The notes: generated from the sequence alone by a model not told the origin. 59,811 bases of DNA, filler included, from Catajapyx aquilonaris (GCA_000934665.2; 2 parts of 2 records of this genome joined end to end with filler, not necessarily neighbours in it); one strand, 5' to 3'. Positions 1 through 13,744 are shown, counted from the first letter of the whole stretch. Translations and numbers: made by a program.

Positions 1-1051
1 CAGCTGCATTTACATATCAGCCGGTACTACCGGTACTTACCGGTACTAGTCTCCTCCGTGTGACTACAACTAGCTCTCGACCGCCCGGGCGCCGCCAACT
101 TGGGATTAATGGACCTAATTAGCAGCTAAAAGTAGCAGCTAATTGTAGATGCGCATACAATAACGCTTAGGTCCATCCCAAAGGTATGACTGCTTGATGT
201 TTGACATCATCCTCAGCAGGCGGCGACACTCCCGAATAGGGAAAAACGCATTGAAACTGCCATTCCCCGAGTGGCGGCTCTGCTTGGTTAGCAGACGGCG
301 AGGATTTGACCCCACGACCCCGGTTACGGTTCTGTTTTGAGACAAACGGATTTTTGCGTTGGAGTCAGGATCTTTTGCCTGATTTTTAGACATCAACTTG
401 TCTTCAGACTGGAGTGTCCCTTTAAGTCACAAAATGCATAGTTCATCTCCTTAAAAAACTCCTTGAGTGGATATGAGGAGTCATTATAATCGGCGATATC
501 TTTGTAGCGGTTCGCTCTACAAAGAAATGATAGGGATCGAATATATGTAGAATCGTACACCCTTTCAATGTGTCCTGATCATAAATCCACACTCATTCAG
601 CCATTCACGAGATAAATCAAGAAAACCCATTTTCGCCGCCATTTTTTCAAGATGGCGGCCGTCCGCATCCGATTTTCGATTGGCGCCCCTTCCAGAAATG
701 TTCGGAAGGGTCGAATTAGTTTATGTGCAAAGCGGCACCTTTTATTCACAAAATGCATAGTTCGGACCCTTAACCCCCGGACTAGGATTTCAGCGTTCAC
801 TATTTATCCCTAATAAGACGGGTGGTTTTTCGCGTTTTTGCAAGTAACTGCAAATGTGCCTTTTCGATAGCCTTTACGTGAATTTCGATTTTCAGGCAAG
901 TGTCAAGTTCAGAAAGGATAATGTAACTTATGTGAAAACCTCGCCTTATACTGGCATACCTCGCCCTGCCGGTATAGCCACCAGATAGTGCATTTCTAAA
1001 AACTGGTCGACCTCGGCTACACCGGCATCCCGCAATATGAGAGGTAATATG

Positions 1052-1052
<1 letters not shown>

Positions 1053-1103
<51 letters not shown>
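1053..1103 (+). repeat. (ATT)n microsatellite, possibly the 3' tail of a retroposon
   Basis: Uninterrupted TTA/ATT run; the SINE at 13411-13740 ends in the same type of tail. Confidence 0.85.
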
Positions 1104-1106
<3 letters not shown>

Positions 1107-1229
1107 ACCCCTTTGGGTAACTCGCCAACTGCCAGTAGAGTGAAATATATGGCCTTGGGTATCTTATTTTTATCTACTGTATGCACTGGGGTTGGACACT
1201 GGGCAACTGTTATGCAGTCTAGCCCTTAA

Positions 1230-1937
1230 CCCTTAACTACGTAGGTGGAGCCTGAGAGGCTCCAAGCACTATTTAAACGCATGTAACTTTTTCATTGAAT
1301 TTTATTTTCCCCTGTCCTTCCGTGACTTTGTCAGAAAAATCTTCCTAAGCATGAAAAGGAAAGAAAATTTTTTTTAGTCCCTATTGTTTGGTTTGAAAAA
1401 ATTCGTAACGAGGAACAGGTCCCTCCTGGAACTGCTCAGGCACATATCTCGTAGGTGAAGCCTGAGCGGCTCAAGCATGATGTAACCTTTTAATTAACCC
1501 TTAACTACGTAGGTGGAGCCTGAGAGGCTCCAAGCACTATTTAAACGCATGTAACTTTTTCATCGAATTTTATTTTCCCGTCCTTCAGTGACTTTGTTAG
1601 ACAACCTTCCTAAGCATGAAAAGGAAAGAAATTTTTTTTTAGTCCCTATTGTTTGGTTTAAAAAATTCGTAACGAGGAACAGGTCCCTCCTGGACTCTAT
1701 ACTGGCTCTACCTATGCAGGTGAAGACTGAGCGGCTCAAGCATGATGTAACCTTTTAATTAAGAATTTTTCCCTGTCGGAATATGCTGACTCAGCGTGTG
1801 ATTTTTACGTTTTCGGAAGCCTAATGATCTGAACTGCACTTTCTGTATGTGAAAAGTCCAATATAACAATTTAGTTGATAAGCAGAAATTTAAATATACC
1901 GTTGGAGCCTCTCAGGCTCCACCTACGTAGTTAAGGG
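1230..1937. mobile_element. TTAA-flanked (piggyBac-like) MITE with a duplicated left ~270 bp
   Basis: TTAA|CCCTTAACTACGTAGGTGGAGCCTGAGAGGCTCCAA at 1230 and again at 1498; its inverse ends at 1937, followed by TTAA (1938-1941). Confidence 0.8.
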
Positions 1938-2942
1938 TTAACAAGCTGAGAAGTCACCAGTCATCAGTCACATTTAGGGAATCAATGCCTAAGGTGTCCT
2001 CTGCTATGCAACAAAATAGACCTACTTCAAGTCAGGTGGAATTACGTCGAAAAGCAACTAACTGTCTTGGTGACTCGCTGACGCAAATTTCATCGCCATT
2101 TACAAGTAGATACAGGTTCAGTTATCCCCTGGGCAGTCGTGTGGAAGGATTGGGAGGGCGTCTGACGGTCAATTACCTTCCCTCAGCTGCTACGGCCAGT
2201 CCTCGCTGTACAAGTGGAATACATAAGCTGATGTTCGTTTACCAAGTGCAGGTTCACAGTGACGCCATCTTAGGATAGTTTTTTTTTCTCTCTCTTTCGG
2301 AACAAAAATAAAGGCAAAAAAAAGAATAACTGGGGGACAGAGGCGGGGGGGGGAGGGGGGAATTACGTAGACATTATGGGGTTGAGTATAGCATAGCTGT
2401 TTTACAGGGTAGGGGCTAGTGTGATAAGTAGCTTGTAGTAACTGTTCGTGTTTGTTTGAATCAAATGGCGGAGTCTCTTTTATATGTTTCCAGTCTTAAA
2501 ATGGTACTGAAATCTCAATGGGAAATTTTAATGAAGTCAACATCGGAAATTTAATACATAATTAAAGGTTTGTGACGTCAGTACTTCACTAGGAATAAAT
2601 AGGGGATTGTACCCAAAGACCCGGCAAAGACCCTATTACTACTTAAGGTCATTGTATATACCCATAGTGGCCATAGATATCGGAATACTATAATCGGTAG
2701 TCCCAGCTTAAGTAAGACCATAGCATAGATTTCAACAATGAATTTTTTCTACTTCTTTTTAAGTTTTTTTTTTTTTAATTCGCCCTAACTCAAGTTCTGC
2801 TGTAGGTAGGGCTTCCATTTCCACACCAGGTATGTTTTCATTGGAAATGGACCCCCAGAGATTTGTAAATTCTTAAAATAAAAATTCTTTCAATTGCTCT
2901 GCTTGTAAGATGAAATTGGCAATTATTCTTTTTTGGTTACAG

Positions 2943-3113
2943 CAGGGGTTCTTAACCTGTTCGGGCCTCCGCACCCCTTTGAAGACAGTTGGTCCTAGTC
3001 GCACCCCCTATACCAGGGGTGATTGATTAAGTTCATAGTTAGACTAAGTCCTGAGGTGCATCTTGCTCGCACCCCCAGGGGAGCCACCTCGCACCCCAGG
3101 TTAAGAACCGCTG
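2943..3113. mobile_element. hAT-type MITE, 171 bp
   Basis: TIRs CAGGGGTTCTTAACCT / AGGTTAAGAACCGCTG; perfect 8-bp TSD GGTTACAG at 2935-2942 and 3114-3121; internal CGCACCCC repeats. Confidence 0.9.
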
Positions 3114-3746
3114 GGTTACAGTGTATGTTTCTGCTTTTCATACACTCGGGCTGAAGCAGGGCAGGTCAAATTGCTGCACATACATGAACAAGAGAGACAA
3201 CACTTTCCAGAGAGAACATGTTTATTTTTCTTCAAAACTTATTCCAAAATAAACATTTCAAACCTATACAGGATTGTCTTCACATTCCAAACTGACAGCA
3301 ATGTATTCCTAAACTAATCAGTCCACATGTGATGTGAGGGTAATTGCATGAATGCAGTGTCCAATGTATTTCATAACACTAGCAAATGCTACTCTGAAAT
3401 TAAAACTGTCTTAAATCTGCATAGGTTAATAGTTAAAACATACATTCAATTAGTCTTTCAAAGACAGAGGGCACAGTAAAATTCATCAGACTTTTGCATG
3501 AATGTAAATTGAGGGAACAACTTGTGACCACATCTAAATATGGTGGACTGGATAGCACTGCAACAAAATCCAGCCAAAGGAGCACAAGAGGTGCTTCAAA
3601 ATTACCAGCTATAAACTTCAAATTTTTCAAATTAATATAATTTTAGAGTGTAAAATAATTTGGATAAAATAATAAATTAATTTCATAATCATGTATCACA
3701 TCCACGTTCTTAGAAGAATAGGTCGGGACACTGGCCGCCATCTTGC

Positions 3747-3969
3747 GTGCTGTTATTCCTTCCCGCAGTGGTGCTAATATATCTGCAATGGAATCCATCG
3801 CTGCATCATAAGTTCCGAGCCCCTTACGGCACAACTATGCACTAACACCTAGAGTGAGACCTAGAGCTAGGTGTCAGTGCATAGTTGTGCCGTAAAGGGG
3901 CGCTGAACTTATGATGCAGGGATTCCATTGCAGATATATTAGCGCCACTGTGGGAAGAGATAACGGCAC
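3747..3969. repeat. Imperfect inverted repeat (~105-bp arms), probably a decayed MITE
   Basis: GCTAATATATCTGCAATGGAATCC pairs with GGATTCCATTGCAGATATATTAGC; TTACGGCACAACTATGCACT pairs with AGTGCATAGTTGTGCCGTAA. Confidence 0.85.
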
Positions 3970-4334
3970 ACCTTTTTCTATTGGCCTGGGATAGAAGTGT
4001 CCCCGGGCTGATCCATCACTCAATTGGATGCAACAAAATGTCTTGAAAACACCATGTCAGTTCATGGTCTAAAAGTGAAAATTACAAGTTCTGCACATAC
4101 AACCATTAAAAATATATAAAAAAGTTGTGGTCAAAGGGCACATATTTGGAACATAACACAACAGCACCATCTTTGTACCGGAAAAAGGCAAGTTATACTC
4201 TTTAGCGAAGGAAGTTCAAGCCAACTGACCCCACATTTCAGACCCAATAAGTTGTTTTCACAAAGAGTCACTAAATATGCTTCAAGTAGCATTTGAACAC
4301 TAAGCTCATTAGCTGTCCATCTTTCTGTCCATAG

Positions 4335-7300
4335 TCAGTCTTCTTCATTTTCAGCACAGAACCAAACAATCCACTCCATTACCTGCACAAATTCATCCTG
4401 ATTCACTTTCCCATCCCTCAAGCAGGAATCCACTATGCTTTGTACACAGGCAGCAAACCTCTTGAGCAAAGTGGGTTCCCACTCGGACCTCATAATTTGA
4501 AGGCATTGATCCTGGAAGGATTCAGGAGACACTAACTCAGATCTTATCAGTTGGGACAGGAGGGACTCTATTCTGTTCCAGATGGAAGAAGCTTGTTGAG
4601 ATGATGTAGAAATCAAGTGCAGGTTACGAGGTGAAATCACGCCCTGAGGAAAAGTTGTGAGCTGAAGGTTCTTAGTCCACAAGTCAACAAACTGCACCTG
4701 AACTTCAGAGGTGAGAGCTTCTGGACTGAAGATAGCTGGAAAACAAGAAGTATATATAAGAATATTTAAAAAAATAAAGACACTGAAATTTACATGAGAT
4801 AAAAGCTACTAATAAACTAATGGAAAATTACACTGAATCTTGCAGTGTCTAAGAGATACTCACAAGCACATGAATTTCAGAGGCCAATTCTAAAATTTTT
4901 GAGAAACCCACACAATGACTTGACTACACTTTGATATTTGCGAACTTTATATACCAATAATAACAATAATAACAATCCGGGTAGTGCATGAACTCCTTAC
5001 GAGTTATATGGCACGGACCTTTATTACTATCATACATCAGGACCTGATAACGTAACGCCCGGGCCCACGGGCAGGATGACAGGAGGGGATGTGCAAGGTG
5101 CAGTGCAATGTCTTAACATGGCCATTTTTAGTGAACTCCCCCAGGTGGTTTAGTCCATTGGAAATACCACCCGAGACGAAGCCAGAGGCGACCCTGAACT
5201 CTGCACGAGATGAAGGGGGTGTCCCTCGGCTGGGATCGAACCCGGGACCTTAACATCCGTGGGCGCATACGTTACCGCAGCACCACTCCGCCTCCCCATG
5301 TGTGAACTTTATATGCCATTTGGTTTGGTTTTTCATCCTTCTGCTCAAATTACCAGTAACTAGTAACCTTGGTAACCCATCAGAAAGAAGGGAGATCACT
5401 AATAGACGTATGCTTCTGGCAGAGACTTAGCAGAAAGGTAAAAATTCTACTCCATGTGTTTAACACTGAAAGGTCGGGGGTTACATAAGCCGATACAGCC
5501 GTGATAAAAAACATTTTTTACTGGAGACCTAAATATTTCCAATGCAAAGATTTCCACGCGGTGTTTTCAGTTGTACTTGCATAGAAAAAATTCCGACTTT
5601 TAAAGTACAAAACAGTTTCAAAAATAAGTCAGAAAAACAAAGCCCATCACAGCATGGTTGCTCCTCTGGGAAATAAAATCTCGTACAAAAAGAGTGATTA
5701 TCTTGACTTCCTGATTTCACCATGGAGAGCTTCCCCCAAATCCTCTCAACATATCCCCCTCAAAAATGGGTGGCACAAGATTGTTGTCAGTACTAAATAA
5801 AATGAACTGTCATTAGCTGTAGAGTCACAGAGTATCTCCCATCTGCAGGTGGAGGGGTAAGGGTCTGCATCCCTTCCAGGTGGTCATTTCTGAGGGAGTT
5901 GCTAAAAGAGGTGCAAAAGGAGTGTTTGTGTTTCTTCTGCTCTACCTGTGCCTGTCAATGTTTCCCATACTCCAGCAGAGAGCAGAACCACACACAGACC
6001 TCTGCAAATGTGAATTTTAAGGACAGTTTCACCATACTTTTTAAGAGACTCAATGTGCAATTTTTTGCTTTCTGGTTGAGTTCTTCAAATATATTACCAC
6101 CTTGAGTTGATTTCCAATGCGATGGTAACAAGGGAAGGCCGCGACCTCGGGTCAGTGGAATTGGCCAAACATCGCTCAGTGGGTAAATCACATGTGTAGA
6201 ATTCACTGGTGAATGTAAAATGATGCACTTCGCGGCCATTTCCGAGATATGAGCGACAACAGATCCCACGTGCTCAATCTCTTTTTCTTTCCCCTTCCCC
6301 CTCCCCTTTTTTTCTAAGTTCTTAACCTGTTCTTGTTTTTGGCTGCACATTCTGATGAATTTCAGTGTCCTTTGGCACATGCAGTTTAGTTTAATTACTG
6401 CAATAATCTCAACACAAGAGATGGGCAATAAATAATGGATCCTCATCCCTTTTTCATATGATGTGCTTTTCTTGCCGACTGCGTTAAAACACTGACACAT
6501 TACCTGAGGGCTTGTACAGCATATTAAAAACTGCAGAAAGTGGAAAACCGAACGGAAATAATTACATAGCGATTTCTTGATGCTCAACAATGTAAAACTT
6601 CATGCTTGTGACTATATGTCGTCAGTTATGTGTGACCAAAATTTGCAAAAGAAGGGCACTAACAATACTCTATACCCCTTATGTACTTTTATAGCTCAAA
6701 AAGATGGGAGACGATTTTGCATGTAACTGACAACATACAGTCACCAACATGAAGTTTTACATTGTTCAGCATCAAGAAATCACTATGTAATTATTTGCAT
6801 TCAGTATTCCACTTTATTCAGTTTTTTATAAGCAGGGGTAGGTACTGTACAAGCCTTCAGGTAAGGTGTCAGTGTTTTAACACAGTCCATAAGAGGCCCC
6901 ATACTCAGCGAGAAAGGCACATCATATGAAAAAAGGAATGAGGCTCCATTATTTATTGCCCGTCTGTTGTATTGAAATTATTGCAGTAATTAAACTAAAG
7001 AGCATGTGCCAAAGGACACTGAAATTCATCAGAATGTGCAGCCAAAACAAAAACAGGTTAAGAACTTCAGAAGAAAAAGAGGGGAGGGGGGAAGGACACA
7101 AAAAAAGAGAGCAAGCGGGGACTGTTGGATTACGAGGCGGATGCACTATTGAGCACGCAGGATCTGTCGTCTCTCACATCTCGGAAATGGCTGTTAAGTG
7201 CATCTCTTTTACGTTCACCAGTGAATTCTATGCATGTGATTTACCCAGTGAGCGATTATTGGCCAATTCCGTTGACCCGAGGTCGTGGCCTTCCCTTGTA

Positions 7301-10300
7301 AGTGCTACAGCCATGCAGATCATCTCCAGTGACATATTTTGGACAATTACATGTCAATAATAAGCCAGCAGCTGTCCAGAAAATGTTTAAAGGATTCTCA
7401 CCTGTGCCATTCAAAAATATATCCTAACCTATGTTAATAATGGAGAATGTAATTTCTTAGTCACATAATGACTCGGATAATAATGTTACTTATGCATATA
7501 ATATATTCCAGTAGTCCATGTATACTCTGCTATTAAAAAGTGTGCTAGGATTTACATCAGTGGAAATGTGTTTACTCTCCTAATTAAATTTCTTGTTGTT
7601 TGTAGTCACACAGACTGCATGTGTGTGCAAGCAGTGTTATTTAAGAAAAAAAAAATCCCTACCAAAGCTGCCAATTTCAATTAGGAGCTTATGCAGGATT
7701 TTAACTCATGAATTTCAGTTGCCTTTTAAATCCTAAGTCCCAAACACTAAAATCTCCAAAATCCAATAGTTCTTTGAGCGCTGACCCGACGCACCACAAA
7801 TGGAAAATTCCATGTGAGTGTGGAATAACTAGTGCCAGTGCCTGTATCTACATACATTTAAATTATTAATTTTTAAAAATAAAACTACCTTCAGAGTTTA
7901 CGTATAACCACTTTTGAAATGTAAATAAATATCGTGTTTAGGCTTAGGTCCCATCCTGAAGCTATCCCATTTTACACAGGGTGGCCACGAAGTAAGGGGC
8001 ACATGTTTGATGAGCAATAAGTCAATAAGAAAATTTAATGAAAGCAAATAAAACTACATGAAAACATGTGAAGTCAGGAAAACATACTGCATACCGATCT
8101 TCCAACTTGGGTCAACTTGGGCACCATTCATGTCGATGCAAGCTTGATGTGTTACTTTGAGAAATGAGCCGTACTCTCCCCTTACTTTACGTGAGCTGTG
8201 CCCAAGTTGACCTAAGTTGACCCAGGTTGGAAATTCAGTATGCATTATGTTTTCCTGACTCTATACATGTTTTCTTGTAGTTTTATTTGCTTTCATTAAA
8301 TTTTCTTATTGACTTATTGCTCATCAAACATGTGCCCCGTACTTGGTGGCCACCGTGTAGATGCAAAATACAAATATTCCAAAATCTGGAAATATGACAA
8401 ACTCGAAATATTCTGGTCCCAAGCATTTCGAATCAAGGATTCTCAACCTGTATAGCAAAAATCAGTCACATCATGCAGTGCACTGCTTTATCACCTCTGA
8501 ATAAATAAATAAAAAACAAGCCAGGTGGTAATGCCATTATTTTAAAATTACACAATCAAATTAATATTTTTTTGACATTCTGGTTTTCTCTGTCCTCATT
8601 TGTAATAGAGTTGATAGGTTTGATAAAAGAGTTTTGTAAAAGTTGAGCACTTACCCAATGCAACTGCAAGTTCTGCAGTGAGTGACCCAAGCCCTGCCTC
8701 AGGCAGGGGCAGCAGATCTTCCCTGCCTTTCACAGTCTCCATCACATTAGTGACAACTCTTGTAACCATATCTGAGTTCACATTTGACCCTTCCCAAATT
8801 ACTTTACGAAGAACCTCCTTCACCATCTGCAGTACCTTCGAGGGTATCATACAATGTGGGTCATGAGTGATCTCTTCTCTTCTCTTTGGAGTTGTTGCTC
8901 TACCAGATCTTCCAGATCTACTTTGCAATTTTACTGCCAATTCGTATTCACGCTCAAACAGCAACTGGGTCACATGCATTTGAGCCCAATGTAGGCATTT
9001 ACGTTCACATTCCCTCACAGCAATGTCAGTGCAAGCAGTCAAAGCAGTTACTGGAAAGTCACTTGGGAGCAGTAAAAGTACTACACGATTGGTGTCAGTG
9101 CGGCAGTTTTGGTGAATGTAGGTGTGGCAGGACTGAAGGCAGGAGAGGTACAACTCTTGAGGTGACTCCTTCATGACTGCACGTTGAGCAGGGGCAACAA
9201 TATTTGCCCTTATGTGTTTCACAATGTTGGAAGCAACTCGCTCAGACACAAACTCCACTGTCTTCTTAACAGATGCTGGTTGGTTACGGAAAAAATTATC
9301 TTCAAGGTGTGATTGTAAGAAGTCTTGAGGTGAAGGTTGTGAACTGGTAGCAACAGGAGTTATATGGCGAATTTCACTTTGCTGGGTCAGTTCTCCAAGT
9401 TCACTAAGTGGTGACTTCAGTTTCCATAAGTGTGGGCAGCAATTGTACAGTAAATCAGTTCCAACCAGGTCATGTGAATCAAGTGACTCATCAGTAGGCG
9501 ATTCAACAATGAATGGTACACATGGTTCACACAGAATACTCTCAGGCATGAATGGTGCAGCAAAGAGTCTACCAAGCATAATTCGCAACAAAAAGGCATT
9601 TTTTGAATTCATCCACTGAGAATCTGAGCAACCGCATGGAAGTGAGCGGTATAAATGCATCAAACTAATTAATGCTGATCTGTAGACAGGCAAATGTGGT
9701 GCCACTGGATCCATCTGGCACAAAAATTCAACTAGCATTGGAATTGTTAACACAAGCCGCCTTTCCCTTGCAGCAGCATCCAAAATGGCAACAACGTCTA
9801 AGATTGGAGGTACACTTGTGCGAATGCAAACTTGCATCTCGGGTACAGTTATTAAACGCACCGACTCTGTGCGATATGGCAAAAAGTGAAGGAATCCCAG
9901 AAACTTCCCCAATAGTCGTAATCTAATAACTGCAAATGCAAATTCACTGCGAATATCAGCAACTTCAGAAGGACCAAATGTTTCTTCAGTTATCAGAGAT
10001 GCAATGCAAGTCTTCACATGTTCATTGAGAGTCGGGTTTGAACCCACCAGAAGGAAATCTTGGAAGAATTCCTGGTTCCCTAGAAAATCCGATAGCAAAA
10101 AAGTAACCTTCGAAGGGGTAGAAATTAACCTCTCATTTAGTCGCTTGAGCCGGTCTGAGTATGAGCCTTGAAACCCTTGTGGTTCATTTGGCACTTCTGG
10201 TTCATCTGCCTGACACATTGCAATCAGTTGGGAAACAAACAATCGAGCTAAATGCATATAGTTTGCAGCATCAGGATGCATGTCAATTGTACGTTGAATC

Positions 10301-13300
10301 CGGGATTCCAGAGAAGTAAGAGACCATCCTGGACGCATTTGATGTGTTTGCCATGTCCTGACTATTTCATAGAACCCATCACGTTGCTTGCAGAATGATC
10401 GGAAGGAACGTTCACTAGGAAAGTTTATTCTGCTGTCTGTATCTGTACTGAACGGCACACTCTGTTCACTGGCGATGTTAACCGGACATGATAACTCTAG
10501 GTCAGGTTCACTGAGATACTGAATAAGTTCCTCTGGGGCAAACTTCACTACATGTGCATTTTCAGCCAGAATTTGCTTGTGTGATGGATGTAAATACTTT
10601 ATCAGGCAACGAATTGTATCTAATATTCTGCAAGCAAAGTAAATTGCATTCGACACTGTAGAAAGCAGAGAATTCGATGTATCTGAATCACACTGAACAA
10701 CTAGAAGCTGCATCACAAACTTCAATTCCACAGCAACACTTGGAACCAACGATAGTTTGATAGACTGTCCATAAAGTGTGGCTAAAGCATCTAATTTGTT
10801 ACGGTCTGTAACAAGTTCTAGACTGGGTAAAGCAATTGTAGGTGACACCACTGGCATGTTCCTTTGCTGCTCATTGACTTTTCCTTCTCCAAAGCTACGA
10901 AATGCTTCATCATTCTCAGGTGACTTGACTGAAATTGGTTTAATTCGTTTCTTGGAAGAATCAGGAATGCAACCAGACTTCGTATCCAACTTGAGAGACT
11001 GCGACCTCTGCCTCTCTCTGTCTTGGATATCACTTAGTGGAATGAAGTCTCCAAGATTCAACTGTCGTGGTGTGTGACCCGATATACTCCGGTTGTGTTT
11101 GGTCCTTTGTTTATGTTCATCTGATTCTGGGAAGAGTGTCCGGATTGGTTTTGATGATGATGAGTTTTTTTGCCACCTTCTTAGTTCATTAGCTCGCTCA
11201 GCTTTCTTCTTACTTGGTGATGAGTACGTATGCAGGTTGGAGGGACCAAAATCTTTGGAGGTACACAGAATGTGAGAACCCTGCTCATGAATGAAGTTGA
11301 GCAGGTGAAGGACAAACACATTCTTCCAATCTAAGTGGTTGCATATTTCGACAGGTGTCTCATCCTAAGAAGAAGAAAAAATTGCATTAATTACTATGAT
11401 TGAAGAATAAAATGAAGGTAGCACAATTCTTTTACATTGATAATAACTATGCTAGGCCTGTGGTCCGTTGAAATCTTTTGTGCATGTGACTTTAACACTT
11501 TTCTGCTGATTGATTAACCCAGATATGCCGGGAAAATTTTTTGTTGAATTTTTGACATTTTTTTTGTTTTTATTAGTTCATATTAGTTCCCAAAACACAA
11601 AAATCGAGATAAAACCTTTTTCTGCATGCTTATTTGTGAGAAAATGACCGTTCACTATAATTATGGGATGCTAGGAAAATGTAACCTATAGTATGGCTAT
11701 AATAGTTGTTATTACATTACAATGGCGACAATGCCGTTCAGCATAGCTTCATAATATCACATGATGGATTGTTGTCTATTGCATTACCATGGGAACAGGC
11801 TGTGCAAAGAAGGGGTTGTAATTGAGTAACAAACAACAACAATCAAGCATTGTTGCCACGATTGCCATGGTAACCCGTTGCCATGTAATCTCGTTTTAAT
11901 TATATACGAGATATTATACGTATTATATACGTAGATTCATTGAAATACAGTTAAACAAAGTGTACAAAATCAAGAGACATATTTTACTTGTCCAAATGTG
12001 GGTGCATTTGCCTCTTGTGTTCCCCAGAGGGGACACCAGATTTCAACACCACTCTCAGACAAGAAAAGTAAAAAATTTGCCTACATTTCCCCATCGACAT
12101 CAGCATTCATAAGTTCTCAATGTATTACAAACAATAAATTACTCATAAAACTAATCAACATTCGAGAATTAATTTCTAATCATATTCGGAACATGAAGGT
12201 GTAGCCATTTTTCCCTGAGTTAAAATTCAAACACATGTGGCTCATTCCATGCGTGACTTAAACGACATGACACTCAGTTTATGCCTAACCTTAAAAGCAC
12301 TTTAACTTTAACTTTAACTAGCACAAACTTAGCATTTAAGGAAAGGGTGTTTAACACAAATAGACAGTAAGTATCTAAGTGTTCATTAATGTTTTGATTT
12401 TAACAGTTGCACTTTTCATTTGAGTTATATAAATAAATAAAGGAATTTGTGACTTACATGACAAGAAAGCCACTGGTAACAGAGGCTTCAGATATGAATG
12501 CAAAATTCTTCACATTTATGACTCAAATGTTAGTGTTATTGGGGTGAGGATATTTTCAAAGACCCAAATTAAAATATTACTATGTGTACTTGGTGTTATG
12601 TTATTAATTCTACAAGAAATAAATTATTTCTTTTGTGACTTACACGACACTTGAAGCATGACTTACACGACACTTTTGTCCTCATTGCTTTCTGATTAGA
12701 TTCGTGAGAAGAATTTTGGATTTTACCACATAAACAAAGTAATCTCTCTCATTACATGTAATTTAATAAAATATTTAAATGATAGGCCTACATGAGAATG
12801 TGGCTACAATTCTTATAATTAACATTTGAACATGTATAATGCATGTATAATGTGTGTACCTGAGCAGACAGCAGTGGATTCATTGTATTGTCATGCGAGA
12901 TGGCCAGGTGTGATACCTGATGGTCTTCGCTGGCCACCCTGTCATTGTATATCCTCCTGAGACCTGGTGTCGACATATGTCGACATCAGCAAAAGATTTT
13001 TTTGGCGCCAACTAGTGATGCTAACAGAACTGTAACATGTTGGTATCCCATGGTTACAATCTGGCCTCAATAGGTGTAGCCACATAGTGTCGAATATCTG
13101 ACTTGGGCCGCGAAAATTAAATCGCGGATAGAATGGCGGATTCCGCTGAAGCTAGGCGCTCATCTTATCAGTTTTCTTTTTTTACTCATATTTAGAGTGC
13201 GATTTTCGCAATGCAGTGAATGTCCTGGGATTCGGTGTATTAGGAAATACGAAAAGATGTGTCTGTGACAATCTTTGTTGCTGTAGAGAACTGGTAATTT

Positions 13301-13684
13301 TCTTTTCTTCCTGAGACCAAATGCCCATTTAAATGGACATCCGAAAAATGGCATTTTTAGCCGAATGGGCTGTGACTTTTCATTAAGTGCTTGTACCTAT
13401 ACACCCATAAACCGAAGCAGGTTGGCATAGTGGATAAGGCGTCCGACTGCTAATCGGGAGGTCCAGGGTTCGAATCCCGGGGCCGGCAATTCTGACCGTG
13501 GTTTTCTGTGGTTTCCCACGGTCCTTCCAGGGAAATTCCAGAGTTGTTTCCGTAATTAATAGGCCACAGCCGCTTCCTTCCGTCCCTATCCTATCCCAAA
13601 GAGCACAGTAAAATGAAAAGCAAAGAGTTCCAGGCAAAAACAAACTTCCCCCCTAAAGAGCCGATGGCTGATAACGGGGTATGA

Positions 13685-13744
<60 letters not shown>

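Noticed and set aside
946..1128. Poly-Asn ORF
   Set aside because: It is a translation of the (ATT)n microsatellite.
5955..7360. Two similar ORFs (211 and 144 aa) on opposite strands that look like paralogues
   Set aside because: They are mirror translations of the fold-back arms, with indels and no protein-like features.
13411..13490. tRNA gene with a GCT anticodon-like loop
   Set aside because: The acceptor stem is broken, and it is followed by a SINE body, tail and TSD.
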